Assembly (NCBI GenBank): GCA_977017575.1
Contig: CDRNVI010000099.1
Span: 1 to 64,000, forward strand
DNA: 64,000 bases
DNA from: Paramoeba atlantica
Taxonomy: Eukaryota > Protista > Discosea
Reading direction: 5' to 3'
This document shows, one piece after another, positions 58,286 to 64,000 of this stretch. Each line of letters starts with the position of its first letter. The stretch's first letter is position 1. A program made the position numbers and the translations under genes. The notes under the pieces were generated by a model. It was given only the letters and a program-made list of their open reading frames with translations, was not told the origin of the DNA and searched no databases.

Positions 58286-59700
58286 GTAAAGTTAGAATGT
58301 AAATTATTGTTTTTTAAAAAATTAAAAATAATTTTACTACTTTTCGTGGAAAAGTGACGTATAACTAGGGGGGGTAGGGGTGTGACATATACCCCAACTA
58401 GGGGTATGTGTATACACCCCCTGTATAACTAGGGGGGGTCTGTCACATAAAAAAGTCAGAGCATGTAATTACAGAAACGGCCCTATTTAATAGGGCTACG
58501 CGTGCCCCCCCTTTGATAGGGCTATTTTGTCTTAAAGGCCAAAGATTTGTTTAGGGGGGGCATGTTTTTTTTATGAAATCCCCCGATGAAAGAAGCAGCG
58601 GCTTTTTTCCGGGGCATAGCTATCCGAGTGTAAAAAAGTGTATAAAAAAGCTGCAAGACCTTGTTTAGGAACTATAGAAAACTTCTCCTGAAAATTATTG
58701 TCCTATGAATTCTCGGGAGGGTCTGGTGCCGCGTGGACCGTTAACTGGATCATTTCGCGAACTCCAGTGGCTCGTATATCACGTGTAGTCGGATCTTTTG
58801 CTTCCGGACAAGAACCTGGTATCTCGCTCTCCCAAAATTCTCTTTCAGCATGTCCCACTCCCCCTCCCTTTGTTCCCCCATCAACATACCGCAGAAAGAA
58901 CTTGTCGGTGCAAGACAAGTTGTCCGTGTGTCGTTCTTCGTCTTCCGTATCAAAACTTGCGAAGTCGTATAAATATAGTTTATCATACATATAATATATT
59001 ATATTCCTTCTTCCTTTATATTATATTGTAAATATATAATATATATAATATATATAATTTATATCGTTTAAAATAAAGCGAGTCGGAGAAAAAGAATATC
59101 AATCAAGAATAAATCATGGAGGTCGCGGCCGGAAGTGTGAGCGAGCTTTCAATAGCTCGCGACAAGATTCAATAACAAAGGTTCATGAATCCCTTCTCCG
59201 TCTGTTGAATGGTCATATCCTTATCACTCGAGATAGGGTGCTCCAGTTGATGAGTCATCATGGAACATTTCATGAAGGACTGGGTGAAAAAGCAAAAGAA
59301 AGAGCGTATAAGCACTATCGTTACGTGTTTTGATGGACTCAAGCATCAGATATTGGTCAACGTATAAGACGACAGTCGCATCATTTGTACTCGCAGCACG
59401 ATGTTCGTCAGTACAGCTCTGTTATTTTCGGAGATAAAAGTTTTGTCATGAGACTAGCGTTAGCGTCGACGGCGAACTGAAGGGGAAAACTTTAGCGCCA
59501 GTGGGCGTGATTTGAGTCAAAGTCGTTCGTACGAACGAAAAGCAAACAGTGACTATTTTTCTTGCCGCCTTATTTTCCGTCAAGGAAAAGGGGGTGTATC
59601 CTCGTTGAATCCAGCAGAACTTTAATTCCTGAAGATTGATTCCTGAAAATTTGAGTTACTGAATTTAATGCACTTTAAAGATTCTTTTTTAGGTATTTTT
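58286..59700. repeat. Third, more diverged copy of the LRR upstream region
   Basis: Homologous to 44750-45960 and 51275-52480, and in part to 36710-37560. Confidence 0.85.
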
Positions 59701-60078
59701 CAGGGGTCTGAAAATCTACAAAATCTATAATTATAGTACTATATAGTATTATAATTTTTCAATTACTATGTATAAAAATATAATTTTTTTTGATTATTTT
59801 CGTCGGGTTTGGACACGTTTCTCCTTCAAAAGAGAGTCCTTGTAACTTCTTTTTTCTCCCGTGGCGGAAGAAGCACAAGCAAAAAACTGAAAACTAAGTT
59901 TTCTGCCGCGAAACATAAAAAACTTGATTAAGCCTGTCATAAATTGACTTTGTACATGGTGTCTTTGGTGCTAAAAGAGAGCATCAAAACGTTTTTGATC
60001 ACTTTTTTCTGTTATAGATTTTTATAGATTTATAGTACTATGATGCTGCGGTTTACCCGTAGTGAACCGTAGCCCGTA

Positions 60079-61197
60079 CGGGGGGCGGCACGAAAACTGA
60101 CAAGGTCCGCATTTTGGCGTCCTGAGGCCGTTTGAGCTGATTTTTATTGCAAACGAGAGAGCTCGTTCTGAGTATCGTGTCTACGCTATTTGGAGCCCGT
60201 TTCTGGTAATAAAAGTTAGAGTTTGAAAAGGATGGGATACGTCATTAAGACGATGTCACACAAGCCTTTTTTTAACAGGTGAGCACAAGGCTGCTAGACT
60301 ACAACTTGCTGATTACTTTGAGGGATTCAGCCCATATCAGATGTCTCGTATTGTGTGGTGCGACGAAAAAATCTTTCGATGCGGATCACCCGGTAAAAAA
60401 ATTACGTACCTTGCAAAAATGACTGACCCCCCCAAGGAAACACCAGTACGAATAGATAGGTGGTATGGGGGGAAAGGAGTTCATGTATTCATGGCCACCA
60501 GTCTCCGTTGGGAAGTGCCTGATGCGTGTTTCCATGAGTTCGCACAAAATGAAACTGTTACAAATGAGGTCTTTTTGAATGCAATGAAAAAACGAAATGG
60601 GTTTTTCAACTGGATGCATCGCCGCCCCGGGGCTACAGTTGTCCTTGACAACGCGCCAGGGCATGGGGAAGCCAGGAGAATAGGTAAGTTGGAAAACATC
60701 AAAATTATTGATTGGCCTTCGAAATCTCCTGATCTCAATTTGATTGAGAATTTGTGGAGCATGATGGATAAATACATCCACAGCCATCTTCGTCCACATA
60801 ATCGAAAAGAATTACAAGCTGCTATTCCAAAGGCCAAGGAATATTTGTTGAACGAATGTCACGAGGCGTATGTGAACACGCTAAAGAGTCTTCCCACGCG
60901 CCTCGCTATACTACGTGAGCGTGAAGGTGGGAATACTGGCTATTAAGACCTACTTTCTGGGTACTTTTTGGGCCGTGGTACTAAAAATTACGAATTTTAG
61001 ACCCGTTTTTCAATTTGCAAAATCTTTAAAATTTCACTTTTGTAACTCATTGGAAATGTTTTCCGGTGAACGTTTTTGTATTTTAAATAGCGTAGACACG
61101 ATATTCAGAACGAGATCTCTCGTTTGCAACAAAAATCAGCTCAAACTGCCTCAGGATGCTAAAATGCGGACCTTGTCAGTTTTCATGGCCCCCCATG
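60079..61197 (+). mobile_element. Internally deleted Tc1/mariner element with ~110-bp TIRs and a DDE domain ORF (60341-60946)
   Basis: TIRs at ~60079-60192 and ~61085-61197, flanked by TA. IVWCDEK, VLDNAPGH, WPSKSPDLNLIENLW, EGGNTGY. D-E spacing is 32 by my count. KPF..GEHKAARL lies upstream out of frame; there is no N-terminal HTH. Confidence 0.88.
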
Positions 61198-61220
61198 TAT
61201 AGTACTACATAGTACTATAA

Positions 61221-61344
61221 TTTTTTTTAAATACTATAAATACATGTACTGTCACCCCCCCCTTTATACTTCCGCCGGTTTCAGTACTTTTGGAAGTATA
61301 AAGGGGGGGGTGACAGTACATGTATTTATAGTATTTAAAAAAAA
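61221..61344. repeat. Perfect hairpin with 53-bp arms and an 18-nt loop, containing a MITE-type TIR
   Basis: T8-aaatactataaatacatgtactgtcacccccccctttatacttcc and its exact reverse complement at 61292-61344. Confidence 0.9.
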
Positions 61345-61638
61345 CCTGACTTTTGGTTGTATAAAGGGGGGGGCTGATTTTGTTTTTGAAAAAAGGACAA
61401 AAAAAATTGTACCGTGCGAGCTTTTGACCTAATTTCTTCGGCATTCAACATATCTCGAATTTTTAAGACTACTGGCACCATTGTTGCCTCCCCTGAAGCT
61501 GATGTGACGTCATAAGCTTATTTTACTGAACCTTTTCCCCGAAAATTCTGCAAAAGATCAGACATTTATCATTTTTTATCATTTTAGCGCATCAAACTAT
61601 GAATAAAATACCATTTAACTCTTTCTAACCCATCATTT

Positions 61639-62528
61639 ATGCCGAAAACACTTCGCCGCCAGAGACGCACCCTCTCGACGCAACAAATCACTTATGAAAC
61701 ACGTATAATTTGCGTGCATGAGGTACAAAACCAGGGACGTTCGATTACAGACACTGCTGCTTTTATGAAATGCAGTGAAGCTACTGTCTCTCGATGGGTT
61801 AAACGCCACCGGGAGACAGGAGGGTTAGAACGTGTCGCCCTAAAAAAGTTTTCTGATATGATAGGGCAGCCTATGGCAGCGCACGTTGCTCAGACATTAG
61901 AGCTACTCTTCGAGTACGCTTCATCTCGAGATGCACCTCCGGGTTTCCTAGAAGCACTAAACCATCACAAGCATCGACTGGAAAAGAACCATAATATGAA
62001 ATTTTGGAAGGAGGTTATGTGGTTCAGACCAAGTTGGATAGTGCAATGCGCTCGACCATCAAACACTCCCCCAATTTCTTGGGAACGCGCCAACAATCTC
62101 TTTCCCGGATCTCTGTACCGTCCAGAAAATAGTAACGAGCCTCCAATTTTTTGCATTACCGAGGAGGAGTGGAAGGAATACATGTATGTAGCATATGAGG
62201 ACTACAGATGGGATCCGCTCGCACGCCAACGAATATGAGTGGTGGTGTGAGTCGTCACTATTTCCCGAATGTTTTTACTGCTGCAAGACATTACTTATGG
62301 ACGCCGCCGCTGGTCACCAAATGTGATCCATGGTTATCGATATTGTCGTACATGTTCAATTCACGACAACCTTCAATTACACCTCATGTGATCGCTAATC
62401 AAATATTTATCCGTGGCAACAGCGAGAAACTTGGCTACTTAACCGAGCATGTGAATGAAGTGGCGGGTGAGGATGAGACAGACGATGACGATGAAATATC
62501 GAATGGCGACCTCAGTGGGGAAGAGTAG
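61639..62528 (+). pseudogene. Chimeric ORF: Tc1-type HTH fused in frame to the C-terminal half of an hAT-like transposase; frameshift near 62210-62238
   Basis: RIICVHEVQNQGRSITDTAAFMKCSEATVSRWVKRHRETG is a Tc1-like HTH. ALKKFSD...FWKEVMWFRP, WERANNLF and TPPLVTKCDPWLS...QIFIRGN match 4880-5120 and 25322-25798. Confidence 0.7.
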
Positions 62529-62900
62529 TTCTACAGAAGTAGAACTTCTAAGTAGAACTTCTATAGAAGTAGTCCTGTATTGCATTCAGGAATCATTTTT
62601 GGGAATGTTTTGAAAAGATTATTTTATGGCCGAATAATGTAAGTGAAATATACAAAATTTTGTTTTCTCATTTTACGTGGTTTTTTTCCGTCTTTCCTTA
62701 TCATTCGCTTTGTTTTTTCCCATTGCAAAAAATATTTGCATTTTGTATTCTGACATTCGATTTATATTATGTGCGAAACAAATACGATGTATCTACGATA
62801 TTTTTTATATTACGTACGTATATTTGATAGGTACGTACATTTGATACGTACGTATGTTTGATAGAAGCACAAGAGCTCATTGTGCACCTATAATATAAAG

Positions 62901-63796
62901 ATTGCGGTGGTTGTATAACTACCGCTCTACCCTCGATTATTGAAAAAAAAGTGAACAAAAACAGTGAAAATACAAAGAGGAACACAGTAATATAATAAAG
63001 GAAAAAAATATAAAATGAGGCTCCGGTGGTCCAAAACTGAACAAAAAAATTAAAAAAATGGGGGGTCTAGGGGGGGGTCTAGGGGGGGGGGTCTAGGGGG
63101 GGGCATACCGCACGGAATTTTTTTTGAAAAAATTATTTTTCGAAAAAAACCGCAGAAGGGGTAGCCGGGGTCTTGGCGCGCATTTTCCACCCCCCTACCC
63201 GGGGGTGACCCCCCTCGTATGCGCAGGACGGGTCTGCCAAGTTCGTATTTTTTCGGAAAAAAAATTTTGAAAAAAAATTCAACTTGGCGAAAAAAATGGT
63301 AAAAAAATTATTTTTTCAAAATTGTTTCCCCTATTGTATTTTAATAGTTTGGGACCTATACTATCTTTCAACGACGTTGTTTTCGCAAGGTACGCCTTTT
63401 TGGAGCCGTGGTACGCCTCACAAAATGACCCATTTTTGGCCAGAAAACGCGAAAAAGTAATTTTCGGACTCAGAGAGGTCTTTCTGTGACGGAAGAATGG
63501 TGTGATTGGAGTCGGATTCTCTACCCATTACGTTCTGCAGCCTTGAATTCTTGCCTACGAGTGATTTCCCACACGTAAATGTCGGATTTAGCGCTCTCCG
63601 AGCAAAACTACGCAAAAATGCCCCCATTTTTACCTAAAAATCGCCAATTTTTGACTCAAATCCTTCCGGTCTCTTCGGCTTTCGTAACCAATTTTTCTTT
63701 TTTAGGCTCTTCGTTAAACGCGGAGGTAGTTTTCAACGCGAAGCGCGCAGCATGAGTGACTTCTAAGTTGAAAACAACCACCGCGTTTAACGAAGA
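62901..63796. repeat. Full-length reverse-orientation copy of the ~900-bp hairpin-ended repeat
   Basis: Reverse complement of 8521-9411. Confidence 0.9.
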
Positions 63797-64000
63797 TTTT
63801 TATAAGTAATCGCTGCGTATATACACTGGCGAGAAAAGTAGGAAAACTACTCAAACGATAAACATAATTGGCAGTATATGTAGAATTCTACACGTTCTAA
63901 ATTGGGATTTAGCCTGAAAATTATGTTTCTAAATTAAAGTACACTACAGTTACCTCACTTTCACGACTCTACTTTTCCCTATGCAGTCAAAGACACAACC

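Overview
Eukaryotic, transposon-dense, intron-free region; no bacterial-type genes, rRNA or CRISPR array were found. The left half is dominated by a Helitron-type element on the minus strand. It has an HUH Rep + PIF1 helicase + C-terminal Ulp1/C48-like protease ORF, asymmetric 11-bp terminal inverted repeats, a 207-bp terminal foldback, an 18-unit 112-bp structured tandem array downstream, and a 37-unit 27-bp palindromic array plus a CACGTG-rich minisatellite upstream. The right half holds eight small leucine-rich-repeat (LRR) genes, all on the minus strand. They are interleaved with a tyrosine-recombinase/RT retroelement in VIPER/TATE gene order, CRE-like non-LTR relics, hAT and Tc1/mariner relics, and many TA-flanked MITEs. 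A ~6.2-kb segment is tandemly duplicated (44671-50860 / 51196-57378) and is part of a repeating 'YR remnant - LRR gene - upstream region' unit. The retroelement types and one-strand gene layout suggest a euglenozoan/kinetoplastid-like protist, but this is inference only. All family calls come from motifs read by eye; no database search was run.
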